Both the position numbers and the translations under genes were made by a program. Below, in pieces: positions 1 through 9,683 of a stretch of DNA of 64,000 nt; within the stretch, counting starts at the first letter, position 1; the number at the start of each line of letters is the position of its first letter. Source of the stretch: Planctomycetota bacterium (GTDB taxonomy: Bacteria > Planctomycetota > UBA1135 > UBA2386); assembly GCA_050181465.1 (NCBI GenBank), contig JBFXDD010000005.1:125587-189586 (forward strand), read 5' to 3'. Below the pieces are notes generated by a model, which was given only the letters and a program-made list of their open reading frames with translations, searched no databases and was not told where the DNA came from.

Positions 1-11
1 GCTGAGAGAGT

Positions 12-1511
12 ATGGACTCGATGAACTCGGCCGACTCGATGCGGGACAAGCTCGCGATCTTCGAACAGCGACCCTGGTCTCGCCCTGTCCACCTGGAACA
101 GACCCCGATCGGAATGCTGGGGGATGCGGAATCGGCGCTCTTCTACCACCTCACTCAGTCGTACTTCAGCGGCGCGGGGACCGTGATCGATGCGGGATCA
201 TTCCTCGGCAAGTCGGCGTTCTATCTCGCTTCCGGTATGCGAGACAACCCGAAAGTCGATGCCACGCGACATCGCGTGCACTGTTTCGACCTCTTCGAAG
301 TCAACCATCCAAGTACCATCGACTACATCCGACGAACCCTGGGCCAGGAGACCCGAATCGGCGATTCGACGACGGCTCTCTTCGAACGGCAAGTCGCCCC
401 GGTTCGCGAACTGCTGGAGGTTCACAAGGGCGACTTCATGGACGCTCACTGGCCCTCGGGCGAGATCGAGATCCTGATGGTCGATATCGCGAAGACGGCT
501 GCACTCGGACGAAAGGTGATGGAGCTGTTCTTCACTCACCTGATCCCGGGGAAGTCCTTGGTCATCCACCAGGACTATCACCATCCCTGGCATCCGTACA
601 TCCATGTGACCATGGAATACCTTGGCGAGAGCTTCCGGCTCGTCGAGCCCAGAGCGGATGGCTCCGCGGTGTTCTTCCTCCGCGCGCCACTCGACCCTGA
701 AGCCCTGCGCAGGGCGATCGAATTCGATTTCACGCGCGAGGAGATCCTGCAACTTCTCGCGAGAGCGATCGAGAGAATCCCGCATTCGCAACGCGACATG
801 GTCTGCCTCGTCGACCTACTCGTCCGAATGGAGACCGAAGATCCCTCCGCCGCGCTGATCGAGGCCGATCGAGTCAGCGCAGAGTTCGCCCGCGAGAACG
901 CCGATCCTCAGTGGCATCGATGCATGCGCGACATCCGACTGAACTTCGTGACGCAAGACGGCTGGAAGCAATATCGCGTCGGCAATTTCGAGCTGGGCCT
1001 CGCCAGAGCCGACGAGTTGATTCGCGCCGACAGCAGCAGCGAGTCGGGACGGTGGCTTCGTGCGTCCTGCCTGCGCGGCCTGAGGCGGCCGACCCAAGCG
1101 GAGGCCGACCTGCGGAGCCTGTTGGCGAGTGACCGCTTCCGAGGCTCGGCGACTCTGGATCTCGCCGAAATCCTCCTCGATTCGAAGCGTGCAGCAGACG
1201 CCGAGCAGATCCTGCTGCAGGGGCTCTCTTCCCACGCAGTGAACGATCCGACGCTCGGCGACCGCTTCGCGCTCTTGGCGCGCACGTGGCGGCTACTCGG
1301 CGACCATCAACGGGCGCTCGCGCACCTCGCCAAGCTGCAACCCCACTTTCGAACGGCGCCCGGGTTCTGGCTGCTCGATGCCGAAGTCCGTTCGATGAGC
1401 AACCGCCGCGCACATTCGTCGGCGAGTCTTCGTGAGGCTCGTCGTCACGGACTGCCCGGGGTGCAGATGCGTGAGGCAGCCAGGCGGCTCGGCCTCACGG
1501 ACGAGACCTGA
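12..1511 (+). CDS. Class I SAM-dependent methyltransferase-like protein with C-terminal helical-repeat (TPR-like) region
   Basis: An in-frame stop at 3-5 makes ATG 12 the first start. The N-terminal half carries a motif-I-like stretch (VIDAGSFLGKSAFYLASG) and looks like TylF/Methyltransf_24-type enzymes. The C-terminal third is a helical repeat. Family call is by eye only. Confidence 0.4.
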   Translation: MDSMNSADSMRDKLAIFEQRPWSRPVHLEQTPIGMLGDAESALFYHLTQSYFSGAGTVIDAGSFLGKSAFYLASGMRDNPKVDATRHRVHCFDLFEVNHPSTIDYIRRTLGQETRIGDSTTALFERQVAPVRELLEVHKGDFMDAHWPSGEIEILMVDIAKTAALGRKVMELFFTHLIPGKSLVIHQDYHHPWHPYIHVTMEYLGESFRLVEPRADGSAVFFLRAPLDPEALRRAIEFDFTREEILQLLARAIERIPHSQRDMVCLVDLLVRMETEDPSAALIEADRVSAEFARENADPQWHRCMRDIRLNFVTQDGWKQYRVGNFELGLARADELIRADSSSESGRWLRASCLRGLRRPTQAEADLRSLLASDRFRGSATLDLAEILLDSKRAADAEQILLQGLSSHAVNDPTLGDRFALLARTWRLLGDHQRALAHLAKLQPHFRTAPGFWLLDAEVRSMSNRRAHSSASLREARRHGLPGVQMREAARRLGLTDET

Positions 1512-1542
1512 GCGAAACGAGACGAGACGTCGAGCCCGAAGA

Positions 1543-1989
1543 TCAGCGCATCGGCACGACCAGCACCGGCACCCGCGCGCGGCGCAAGATCGATTCCGCG
1601 ACGCTGCCGAGCATCATGCGGCGCAGGCCGGATCGGCCATGCGACGACAGCACGATGTAGCTGGCGCCGAGATCTTCAGCGCACTTGCAGACCGCCTCGT
1701 CGACGTCGTTCGACGCGCGGGCCTCGAAAGTGACCTCCATGCCGACGAAGTGACCGCGTAGGTTCTCCAGATCCTTGTGGGCGAGAGCGATGAGTTCGTC
1801 GTCACCGGGCATCGGGACCGGGGAGACGAACGGCGAACCGGTGGGCTTGTGGTCGATCGTCGGCAGGACGTAGAGCACCACGACTCGGGCGCCGACTCCG
1901 CGGGCGAGATCGCAAGCGGCGGCGAACGCGCGGTGGGATTCCTGGGACAGGTCCGTGGTGACCAGGATGGTCTTCTTGGCAGTGCTCAT
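1543..1989 (-). CDS. Universal stress protein (UspA family)
   Basis: Start set at ATG 1989 (MSTAKKTILVTTDLS). The C-terminal stretch SSHGRSGLRRMMLGSVAESILRRARVPVLVV is the typical UspA ATP-binding region. The upstream 34 codons of the tracked ORF are probably not translated. Confidence 0.8.
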   Translation of the reverse strand: MSTAKKTILVTTDLSQESHRAFAAACDLARGVGARVVVLYVLPTIDHKPTGSPFVSPVPMPGDDELIALAHKDLENLRGHFVGMEVTFEARASNDVDEAVCKCAEDLGASYIVLSSHGRSGLRRMMLGSVAESILRRARVPVLVVPMR

Positions 1990-2155
1990 CGTGGATGGCT
2001 CGAACAGCGGGCTCGTCGCGATCGTGCGCGAGATCGCGAGTTTCGTCGACCTGCGCCAACGGAACTTATAGCCGACATCCCACGCGCTCACACTCGATCG
2101 AACCGGCCCCTATGCGCCGTGGAGGCGAGCGCTATCCTTCGCCGCCTCCACCACC

Positions 2156-3118
2156 ATGCAGGACGCTGTCGAAAGCGAGTTCGCCGTCGACCCGGCTGAA
2201 CTCGAACGGCATGTCCGCCGATCCTGGCGCCCAATCCAGGAAGGCGACGAACAGGCCTTTGCGCGCACGACGACGATGAACCTCATCGCCGTCGCTCGTT
2301 CCGAAGACGAGATGCTGTTGCGCTCGTCGCTGAGCGCGGTCTTCCGAGCCAGCCCGTGCCTGGCCTTCCTGGTGTTCCTCGACCACGAGCATCGAACCCT
2401 TCGGGCACATTTCTCGCGCTACGCGAAAGGCAACGGCCAGAATCGTCGCGTCGTGCTGGAGTGCATCTCGCTGTTCGCCGGTCCCGCCGAAGAGCGAAGG
2501 GTCGCGAGTCTGGTGCGGCCGCTGCTCCTCGACGACCTCCCGACGCAGTTCTTCTGGGCCGCTCCGCTGCCGGCGAACGCGGGTCTGTTCTTCGCACTCG
2601 GCGCTTCGGCCGATCAGGTCGTGGTGGACTCGAGTCTCTTCGACCGACCGGATCTCGAACGCCGCCGCCTGGCGGAGATGCAAGTGGAGTCGGTCGACCT
2701 CGTTTGGATGCGCCTGGTCGCCTGGCGGCGAGCGCTCGCCGAGGCCTTCGAGCACTTCGGGTGGCGCCCCGGCGAAGCGGTGACCGCCGAGATCCGTCAT
2801 GGCGACACCGCCGGGACCCGCGCCGCATCGCGAACCCTGGCCGCGTGGCTGCACGCACGCCTGAATGCGGACGTGACGCTCGTCGCCGCGCCCCACGGCC
2901 AAGCGCCGGTGGACGAACCGTGCTCGGTCGTTCTGCGCGTCGGTCAGCGTTCGGTTTGCATCGAGCACGGCTGGCCGGCACCGCGCCTTCGCGTCACGGT
3001 AGAACTCGAGGCGGCGCGATCGATCCCTTACGAAGTCGTGTCGCCGCCGCGCTCGCGCGGCGAGCTGCTGGTCCTCGCGGCACGCGAGATCGGCGTGCTC
3101 TCGGCGACGACGCGCTGA
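2156..3118 (+). CDS. OpcA-like protein (glucose-6-phosphate dehydrogenase assembly protein family)
   Basis: The stretches TTMNLIAVARSED and LPTQFFWAAP, plus overall length, resemble OpcA family proteins. No zwf gene is adjacent, so the functional link is unsupported here. Confidence 0.45.
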   Translation: MQDAVESEFAVDPAELERHVRRSWRPIQEGDEQAFARTTTMNLIAVARSEDEMLLRSSLSAVFRASPCLAFLVFLDHEHRTLRAHFSRYAKGNGQNRRVVLECISLFAGPAEERRVASLVRPLLLDDLPTQFFWAAPLPANAGLFFALGASADQVVVDSSLFDRPDLERRRLAEMQVESVDLVWMRLVAWRRALAEAFEHFGWRPGEAVTAEIRHGDTAGTRAASRTLAAWLHARLNADVTLVAAPHGQAPVDEPCSVVLRVGQRSVCIEHGWPAPRLRVTVELEAARSIPYEVVSPPRSRGELLVLAAREIGVLSATTR

Positions 3119-3151
3119 GGTGTCCCGGCGAAGCGTGCCCGTGCCGCGGAC

Positions 3152-4231
3152 TCAGTTGCGCGGAACCGCCTTGTCCGCCGCGGTGAGTAGCTCCCTCAGG
3201 ACTGCCGGTTCACCGGGAGCACGGCCGCTCTTCAGCGCAGCGCGTTCGAGACGATGAAACTCGGCAAGCCAGCGGGCCGAGCGGGCCCGGGCATCGCGGA
3301 ACTCTTCCGCCGTCGGGATGGGCGTCTTCTTGCGGCTGTGCTCGTTGGCTTCGCGCCAGTGTCTGACGATGCCGTCGCGGACCAGGACCATCTGCGCTTC
3401 TGCCGGGTGTCCGCGTTCGATCGCGACACCGTAGGCCCACCAAGCGAGATGAAGGTTCTGCTTGGCGAGATGGAGATCGCCGAGCGCTCGGTAGAGCTCC
3501 GGCCCTTCGAGTCCACCGAATCGCAGCATGCCGACGATCGCGGTGTGCAACTCGTCCCAGGGCACGCGTCGTGTCGTCTCGTCGACTCGAAACTTCGCAG
3601 TGAACCCGATCGAACCCGTGATCGAGAAGAACGGCTGGTCGCTCGGAATCACGTTCGCGAACGTCATGAAGTCGTGCTGCTCCCACAGCGACGGGTCCTT
3701 CCGGCATGCCGACACGTAGCGAATCAGGTCGATCTGAAAGCGTTCGCGGCCGAAGTGCGCCGCGGGCTCGATCGCGATGGCCTTCTCGAGTTCGACCAGA
3801 GCTTCCTCGAAGCGCCCGGAGTGAGCGAGGAAGGTGCCCTTGTTGGCGTGGTATCGATAACGGTGCTTCTCGACTTCGGCGTTCGACTCTTCGGGAGTGA
3901 GGGCCGCCATCGCCGACGCCTTTCGCTCGATCACGGCCATCGCCGAGGGACGATCGCTGAGTCGCTCGTGCGCCACCGCCAAGTCGTCGTAGGCCGCGAG
4001 GTCGGACGGGTGGGCTTCGAGGTGTGCGGGAAGGGTCTCGATGCGGTGGCGGTAGTAGTCCGCGGAATGACGGAACCAGCGACCGGTGAGCAGATCATGG
4101 TCCTCGGGAAGACCACGCAACTCGTCGGCAAGCGTGTCGCTGTCCCAGATACACGTCGGCGTGAACCCGGCGAACGGACCGGCGAGTGCGATAGCAACGA
4201 GCAGTCCTTGAAGGGAATGGGGGCTTACCAT
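3152..4231 (-). CDS. Secreted or lipoprotein-like TPR-type helical repeat protein, function unknown
   Basis: N-terminal hydrophobic signal with Cys (LLVAIALAGPFAGFTPTC), followed by TPR-like helical repeats (FEEALVELEKAIAIEP, LHLAWWAYGVAIERG). Confidence 0.4.
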   Translation of the reverse strand: MVSPHSLQGLLVAIALAGPFAGFTPTCIWDSDTLADELRGLPEDHDLLTGRWFRHSADYYRHRIETLPAHLEAHPSDLAAYDDLAVAHERLSDRPSAMAVIERKASAMAALTPEESNAEVEKHRYRYHANKGTFLAHSGRFEEALVELEKAIAIEPAAHFGRERFQIDLIRYVSACRKDPSLWEQHDFMTFANVIPSDQPFFSITGSIGFTAKFRVDETTRRVPWDELHTAIVGMLRFGGLEGPELYRALGDLHLAKQNLHLAWWAYGVAIERGHPAEAQMVLVRDGIVRHWREANEHSRKKTPIPTAEEFRDARARSARWLAEFHRLERAALKSGRAPGEPAVLRELLTAADKAVPRN

Positions 4232-4276
4232 GGGAGGGATGGAGATCGCGCAAGCCCAAACGTCGCAATGGACGGT

Positions 4277-6280
4277 TCAGTTCGTGTTTGGGCGAAGTTC
4301 CGCGGCAGTCAGGGTCGGGCCGCGGAACTGCGGGGCGGCGAGTGGTCGCGCCGCTTCGGCCCCGATCCCGATGACGATGTCCCCGGGCTGGAGGACGGTG
4401 TCTGCCCGGATGTTCAACTCGGTGATTCCCGCTCGCCGAATCGCCACGATGCTGAGGCCGGTGTCGCGGCGAAGCTCGGCTTCGCCGAGCGTGCGGTTGG
4501 CGATGGGGCTCCCGGCTTCGACGTGAAATGCCATGACCGAAAGACCGGGCACGTACTGGGAGAGCCGTGCCGTGTTCGCCTTGGGCGCCGGACCGACGCG
4601 ACGGATGGAGTAGGCGCGTTCCCGAATCTCGGCAACGGCGCGTTCGATATGGTCGTCGGGGACGAGGAAATGCCGCAGTGCGCGCGCTGTGAGTTCGACC
4701 CCGGTCTCGAGTTCCTGCGGGACGATCTCGTCGGCGCCGAGTCGCTCGAGTCCAGGCACCTCGGCGAGATAACTCGTGCGGACGAGGATGTGAACGCTCG
4801 GAGCGAGCTGTCGCACCATCTGGACGATACGGCGCGTGGACTCGGGATCGTTCGTCGCGACGACCAGCAGACGCGCCTGGCGAATCTCCAGCGCTTCGAG
4901 CACGCTCACGCGCGAGGCGTCGCCGGCGATGATGTCGACGCCTTCGCGACGTGCGCGGTGCACCGTCTCCGGGTTCATCTCCACGACACGGACCGGAATG
5001 TGTGCTTCGTGCAGCGACCTGGCGAGACCCTGTCCCGCCGGTCCGAAACCGACGACGACGACATGATCACCGATCCCCTCGTTGCCTCGACGTGCACCCG
5101 ACTGGCCGCGACCGACGATTCGGCCGATCCAGAAGAGCGCCGGTGTCAGTGCGATCGACGCAACCGCAACCACGAGAAACACCCGCTTTGCGCCGACTTG
5201 CAGCAGTGCGTGCTCATCGGCCAACTGTGCCAGGACGAAAGAGAACTCGCCCACCTGCGACAGCATCAGCGCCGCACGTAACGAGGTCCAAGACGGCATG
5301 CCGAGCGCACGGATGGCGACGAAGGCCAGGACCGCCTTACCGAAGACGACGACTCCGAGCGCCACGCCGAGGAAGAGTGGTTGCTCCGCGATCGTTCGCA
5401 CATCGAACAGCATTCCGATCGACACGAAGAACAGACTCGAGAGCGCATCGCGGAACGGCTCGACTTCCGATACCGCCTGATGGTGGTGATCCGAGGCGCC
5501 GATCACGAGACCGGAGAGGAATGCACCTAGAGCGAGTGAAAGGCCGAGCGCACTCGTCGCGAGCGCAAGCAACAGACACTGCACCAGCACGGTGAGCAGG
5601 TAGAGCTCGCGACTGCGCGTCCGTGCGACGACGTCGAGGATGCGCGGCACCAGGAACCATGCGATCGCCGTCAGCCCACCGAGCAGCGCCATGGCGCTCA
5701 TCGTGTCGACGAGCGCTGCGCCGACTCCGGTGGAAGACCCGCCGAGTATCGGCAGCAGGACGAGCATCGGAACGACCGCGAGGTCTTGGGCGATGCAGAC
5801 GGCGATCGCGAGGCGAGACGCCGGCGCATTGAGTTCGCGACGCTCGGCGAGCAGCTTGGTGATCGCAGCCGTGCTCGACAGAGCCAGCATGAAGCCGAGA
5901 AAGACCGCGCGACCGACGGCCATGCCGGCGATGGACGCGGCCAGGGCGCCGAGGCCGATCGTCAGTGCGAGCTGGAGTCCGCCGCCGAGAAAGATCGCGC
6001 GCCGCAGATGTGCGAGGCGAGTGATCGAGAGCTCGGTGCCAACGGTGAAGAGGAGCATGACCACACCGAGTTCGGCGAGCTGCTCGACCATCTCGGGATG
6101 GCGCACCAAGGCGAGGCCATTGGGTCCGATGAGGGCGCCCGCGAACAGGAAGCCGACGACCGCGGGAATTCGGATCCGCTGGAAGAGGACACCGACGAAG
6201 ACGCAAAGCGCGAACAGGGCACTCAGTTCGAGCAGGGTCTCCGAGAGGCCGGCGATCGCGATCAAGGTGTGTCGCATCAT
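4277..6280 (-). CDS. CPA2-family cation:proton antiporter with C-terminal TrkA-N and TrkA-C (RCK) domains (KefB/YbaL-like)
   Basis: Start set at MMRHTLIAIAG (6280). The protein has a multi-TM Na+/H+ exchanger-like core, then a Rossmann segment VVVVGFGPAGQGLARSL (TrkA-N), and a TrkA-C-like end (VLQPGDIVIGIG). Confidence 0.85.
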   Translation of the reverse strand: MMRHTLIAIAGLSETLLELSALFALCVFVGVLFQRIRIPAVVGFLFAGALIGPNGLALVRHPEMVEQLAELGVVMLLFTVGTELSITRLAHLRRAIFLGGGLQLALTIGLGALAASIAGMAVGRAVFLGFMLALSSTAAITKLLAERRELNAPASRLAIAVCIAQDLAVVPMLVLLPILGGSSTGVGAALVDTMSAMALLGGLTAIAWFLVPRILDVVARTRSRELYLLTVLVQCLLLALATSALGLSLALGAFLSGLVIGASDHHHQAVSEVEPFRDALSSLFFVSIGMLFDVRTIAEQPLFLGVALGVVVFGKAVLAFVAIRALGMPSWTSLRAALMLSQVGEFSFVLAQLADEHALLQVGAKRVFLVVAVASIALTPALFWIGRIVGRGQSGARRGNEGIGDHVVVVGFGPAGQGLARSLHEAHIPVRVVEMNPETVHRARREGVDIIAGDASRVSVLEALEIRQARLLVVATNDPESTRRIVQMVRQLAPSVHILVRTSYLAEVPGLERLGADEIVPQELETGVELTARALRHFLVPDDHIERAVAEIRERAYSIRRVGPAPKANTARLSQYVPGLSVMAFHVEAGSPIANRTLGEAELRRDTGLSIVAIRRAGITELNIRADTVLQPGDIVIGIGAEAARPLAAPQFRGPTLTAAELRPNTN

Positions 6281-6405
6281 GGCTGTCCGGAACGCCGCCC
6301 GCCAGGAATGTGCCGCGCACGTGGGGTGGGTCGACACTGCGGATCTTTCCGACGTGCGCGTTAGCATCCGCCACCCCGCCGGCGAGGTCAGCCGGAGTCC
6401 CTTCG

Positions 6406-8658
6406 ATGTCGATTCGTCGCGAATACAAGGTCCAGGAACGCTTGGAGCGACTTCTGCACGAGCATGCAGGAGCCGATCCGACGCGCGTCGGTGGTCTGGA
6501 CGAGCCGATCGTCCCCGGTTCCCGACTGACGCGACGCGCGGCGGTGCGCTTGTTCGAAGCTGCGCTCCAGTCGCGGCTCCAAGACCTGGAAGCGCGGCGC
6601 ATGAAGGACGAAGGTCGGAGCTACTACACGATCGGCAGCAGCGGCCATGAAGCCAACGCGGTGTTCGGACACCTCTTGAGGACCGACGACCCCGCGCTGC
6701 TGCACTATCGAAGCGGCGCGTTCATGGCCGCACGCGCTCGTCGCGGCCGCGGCGAGACACCGATCTTCGACACGATGTTGTCGTTCGCCGCATCGGCCGA
6801 GGATCCGATCTCGGGTGGGCGTCACAAGGTGTTCGGATCACACTCGCTGTGGGTCCCGCCGCAAACCAGCACGATCGCGAGTCACCTGCCGAAGGCCTTC
6901 GGGATGGCGTTCGCGATCGGGCGTCTGAAGCGAATGGGAGTCGGTCTGCCGATCCGCGGCGACGCGATCGTGTATTGCTCGTTCGGCGACGCATCGGTGA
7001 ATCACGCCACCGCTCTCGCCGGTCTGAACGCGGCGGCCTCTGCATCTCTGCAGCACCAGCCCTGCCCGGTGATCTTCGCATGTGAGGACAACGGGATCGG
7101 GATCAGCACGAGGACACCGAACGACTACGTTCAGTTGCGTTATGGAGCGCATGCCGGGCTCCGCTACTTCACTGCAGATGGGCGAGACCTGGCGGAGTCA
7201 CACGATCGCGCCGCGGAAGCGATCGAGTTCTGTCGCCGCACGCGACAGCCGGTGTTCTTCCATCTCCGGACCGTGCGGCTGATGGGCCATGCCGGATCGG
7301 ACGTCGAGACGGTCTACCGGAGCGAGGAGGAACTCGATCGGAGCGAGGCGCGCGACCCGATGCTCGCCTTCGCGGACCTGCTCCTGACGACCGGCGCGAT
7401 CTCGCCCGAAGGTCTGAACGCACTCCACGACGACCTCCGCGATCGGATCGCGCGAGCAGGTCGCGAAGCCTCGAACCGGCCGAAGTTGCGGACGGCAGCA
7501 GCCGTGCGCGAACCCTTGGAGTTCCCGGCGGCAGAGTCGTTGGTTCCACGGGTGGCGCCGACGGAAGATCGTCTGCGCGCCTTCGGCGGTCGCCTTCCCG
7601 AAGACGATCCCCGCGGTCGCCATCTTGCCTTTCGACTCGCGCAAGGTCTGAAAGACCTGTTGCTGGCCTACCCCGAGGCGGCCCTCTTCGGCGAAGACGT
7701 CGCGCGGAAGGGCGGCGTGTATCACGTGACCACCGGTCTCTACGAGACCTTCGGCGGCGGGCGGGTCTTCAACACGATCTTGGACGAGACCACGATCCTT
7801 GGTCTCGCGCAGGCCTTCGGCACACTCGGCGGCCTGCCGCTGCCGGAGATCCAGTACTTGGCGTACGTGCACAACGCCCTCGATCAGATTCGGGGTGAAG
7901 CGGCGAGCCTTCAGTTCTTCAGCGCGGGTCGCTTCCGCAACCCGATGGTCGTGCGCATCGCCGGCTACGCCTACCAGAAGGGATTCGGTGGTCACTTCCA
8001 CAACGACAACAGCATCGGTGCGTTGCTGGACATCCCGGGTCTCCTGATCGCGTCGCCATCCCGGGGCGATGACGCCGTAGGCATGCTGCGAACGCTGATG
8101 GCGGCCGCCGACCTCGCCGGCAAAGTCGGGATCTTCCTCGAGCCGATCGCGCTCTACATGACGAAGGATTTGCTGGAGAAGGGCGATGGACGTTGGGAGT
8201 GCGCATACCCACCCCCCGATCAGACCGTTCCGCTCGGCCAGCCGCGTCGTTACTGCGACGACGGCGACGACGACCTCTCGATCGTGAGCTGGGCGAACGG
8301 CCTACAGATGAGTCTCATCGCCCGCGAGCGACTGCGAGCGGAGGGCATCCGCGCGCGAGTACTGGATCTTCGGTGGCTGGCCCCGCTACCGATCGACGCG
8401 GTTCGCGCGGACCTGCACGCGACCGGTCGACTGCTCGTGGTCGACGAGTGCCGCGCGACCGCGGGCGGAGTCTCGCAAGCCATCCTCGCCGAACTCGCCG
8501 TCGACGACGCCTGCCGTGCCTACCCGATGCGTCGCATCGCCGGCGTCGACAGCTACGTCCCACTCGCAGAGGCGGCCAACCTCGTGTTGGTCCAGGTCGA
8601 TGACATCCTCGCCGCCGCGCGTGCGCTGGTCGCGGCGACCAAGGAGACCCTGCGATGA
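6406..8658 (+). CDS. Thiamine-diphosphate-dependent 2-oxoacid dehydrogenase E1 component, alpha and beta subunits fused
   Basis: Start set at ATG 6406 (MSIRREYK). The N-terminal half has the TPP motif region FGDASVNH...ACEDNGIGIS. The C-terminal half has transketolase-like pyrimidine-binding and C-terminal domains (VFNTILDETTILGLAQAFG, IASPSRGDDAVGMLRT). Confidence 0.8.
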   Translation: MSIRREYKVQERLERLLHEHAGADPTRVGGLDEPIVPGSRLTRRAAVRLFEAALQSRLQDLEARRMKDEGRSYYTIGSSGHEANAVFGHLLRTDDPALLHYRSGAFMAARARRGRGETPIFDTMLSFAASAEDPISGGRHKVFGSHSLWVPPQTSTIASHLPKAFGMAFAIGRLKRMGVGLPIRGDAIVYCSFGDASVNHATALAGLNAAASASLQHQPCPVIFACEDNGIGISTRTPNDYVQLRYGAHAGLRYFTADGRDLAESHDRAAEAIEFCRRTRQPVFFHLRTVRLMGHAGSDVETVYRSEEELDRSEARDPMLAFADLLLTTGAISPEGLNALHDDLRDRIARAGREASNRPKLRTAAAVREPLEFPAAESLVPRVAPTEDRLRAFGGRLPEDDPRGRHLAFRLAQGLKDLLLAYPEAALFGEDVARKGGVYHVTTGLYETFGGGRVFNTILDETTILGLAQAFGTLGGLPLPEIQYLAYVHNALDQIRGEAASLQFFSAGRFRNPMVVRIAGYAYQKGFGGHFHNDNSIGALLDIPGLLIASPSRGDDAVGMLRTLMAAADLAGKVGIFLEPIALYMTKDLLEKGDGRWECAYPPPDQTVPLGQPRRYCDDGDDDLSIVSWANGLQMSLIARERLRAEGIRARVLDLRWLAPLPIDAVRADLHATGRLLVVDECRATAGGVSQAILAELAVDDACRAYPMRRIAGVDSYVPLAEAANLVLVQVDDILAAARALVAATKETLR

Positions 8659-9674
8659 CTGCGAAGCCGACCGCCGTGCTGTTCTGTCCCGGACGCGGAA
8701 GCTACGGCCGTGGTGAACTCGGCGCGATCACGCGTCACGGGCTGGATGAAGCGATCACGACCGCGCTCGACGAGGCCGACGCCGTGCGTGCGCGCGAGGG
8801 ACGACCGACGATCCGCGAACTCGACGGCGCCGGCGCCTTCCGGCCGGGCCTCCACCTGGAGGGCAGGAACGCCGCGGAACTCATCTACTTCGCGACGATG
8901 GCGGAACTGCCCCTGTTGCTGGAGCGCTACCGCATCGTCGCCGTCGCCGGCAACTCCTTGGGTTGGTACACCGCGCTCGCTGCCGCGGGTGCGCTGAACG
9001 TGCGTGCCGGCGCGCGACTGATTCGCACGATGGCTGCGCTGCAGGAGTTGGCCGTCGGCGGGCAGATCCTGACGACGACCGTCGATGAGGAGTGGCGCAC
9101 CGACAGAGCACTCGCGGCAGCGGTCGATGATCGACTCGCTGCGGTGAACGCCTTGGGTTCTGATCACTTCGTGGCGCGCAGCATCCGGCTCGGCGGACAC
9201 GAGGTGTTGGCGGGGACCGAACGCGGGGTGAGCGAGTTGCTCGCGCGGCTGCCGGTCCAGAAGTCGAAAGAGCGCGAGTTTCCCTTTCGCCTCGCCGGGC
9301 ACGGCCCGTTCCACACCGCCCTTTGCGGCGAGGTGGCGGCAGCGGCCGAGGAGGCGCTCGCCGACCTGCCGATCCGAATGCCGAACATCGCGCTGATCGA
9401 CGGTCGCGGCGACAGTCATTCGCCGTGGTCTGCCGATCCGCTCGATCTGCTCGAGTACACGACCACCGAGCAGGTCACGACGACCTTCGACTTCAGCGCC
9501 GCCGTCCGCACCGCGATGCGCGAGTTCGTTCCCGATGTGCTGCTTTGCGCGGGGCCGGGCTCCAGCTTGCGCGCGCCGGTGGGGCACATGGTGCTCCGCG
9601 AGGGTTACCGCGGCGTGCACAGCAAGGCCGAACTGTTCGGAGCTGGCCTCGTGCGGACGCTCGCCGACGGCTGA
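8655..9674 (+). CDS. FabD-like acyltransferase (malonyl-CoA:ACP transacylase superfamily paralogue)
   Basis: The ATG overlaps the E1 stop (ATGA at 8655-8658). Three stretches match FabD motifs: LFCPGRGSY matches FPGQGSQ, VAGNSLGWYTALAAAGAL matches VAGHSLGEYSALVAAGAL, and GPFHT matches GAFHS/T. The Ser-His dyad appears retained, but the GHSLG His is Asn. Confidence 0.55.
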   Translation: MTAKPTAVLFCPGRGSYGRGELGAITRHGLDEAITTALDEADAVRAREGRPTIRELDGAGAFRPGLHLEGRNAAELIYFATMAELPLLLERYRIVAVAGNSLGWYTALAAAGALNVRAGARLIRTMAALQELAVGGQILTTTVDEEWRTDRALAAAVDDRLAAVNALGSDHFVARSIRLGGHEVLAGTERGVSELLARLPVQKSKEREFPFRLAGHGPFHTALCGEVAAAAEEALADLPIRMPNIALIDGRGDSHSPWSADPLDLLEYTTTEQVTTTFDFSAAVRTAMREFVPDVLLCAGPGSSLRAPVGHMVLREGYRGVHSKAELFGAGLVRTLADG

Positions 9675-9683
9675 GCCGGTGCG

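Noticed and set aside
1-600. GATC and CGATCG seem over-represented. I counted 7 GATC in bases 1-600, where roughly 2 would be expected from base composition if G+C is about two-thirds. GCGATCGC also occurs in most repeat copies, reminiscent of HIP1-type iterated palindromes.
   Set aside because: The excess is probably driven by codon and dipeptide usage in a high-GC genome (GAT-CGN, ATC-GAN, CGA-TCG, GCG-ATC-GCN). My count covers a tiny sample and the expectation is rough. A genome-wide k-mer analysis with a codon-shuffled control is needed before any claim.
3254-5281. Very long ORFs antisense to confident genes. Examples are 3254-5281 (+) opposite kefB and the TPR gene, 5337-6602 (-), 25037-26410 (-) opposite dnaN, 33668-35032 (-) opposite ettA, 56063-57868 (-), 60708-62099 (-) opposite rsmB, and 43974-45605 (+) opposite the kinase.
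   Set aside because: These are typical high-GC shadow ORFs. Their translations are Arg/Pro/Gly/Ala-rich low-complexity sequence with no motifs, while the opposite strand encodes proteins with clear family signatures.
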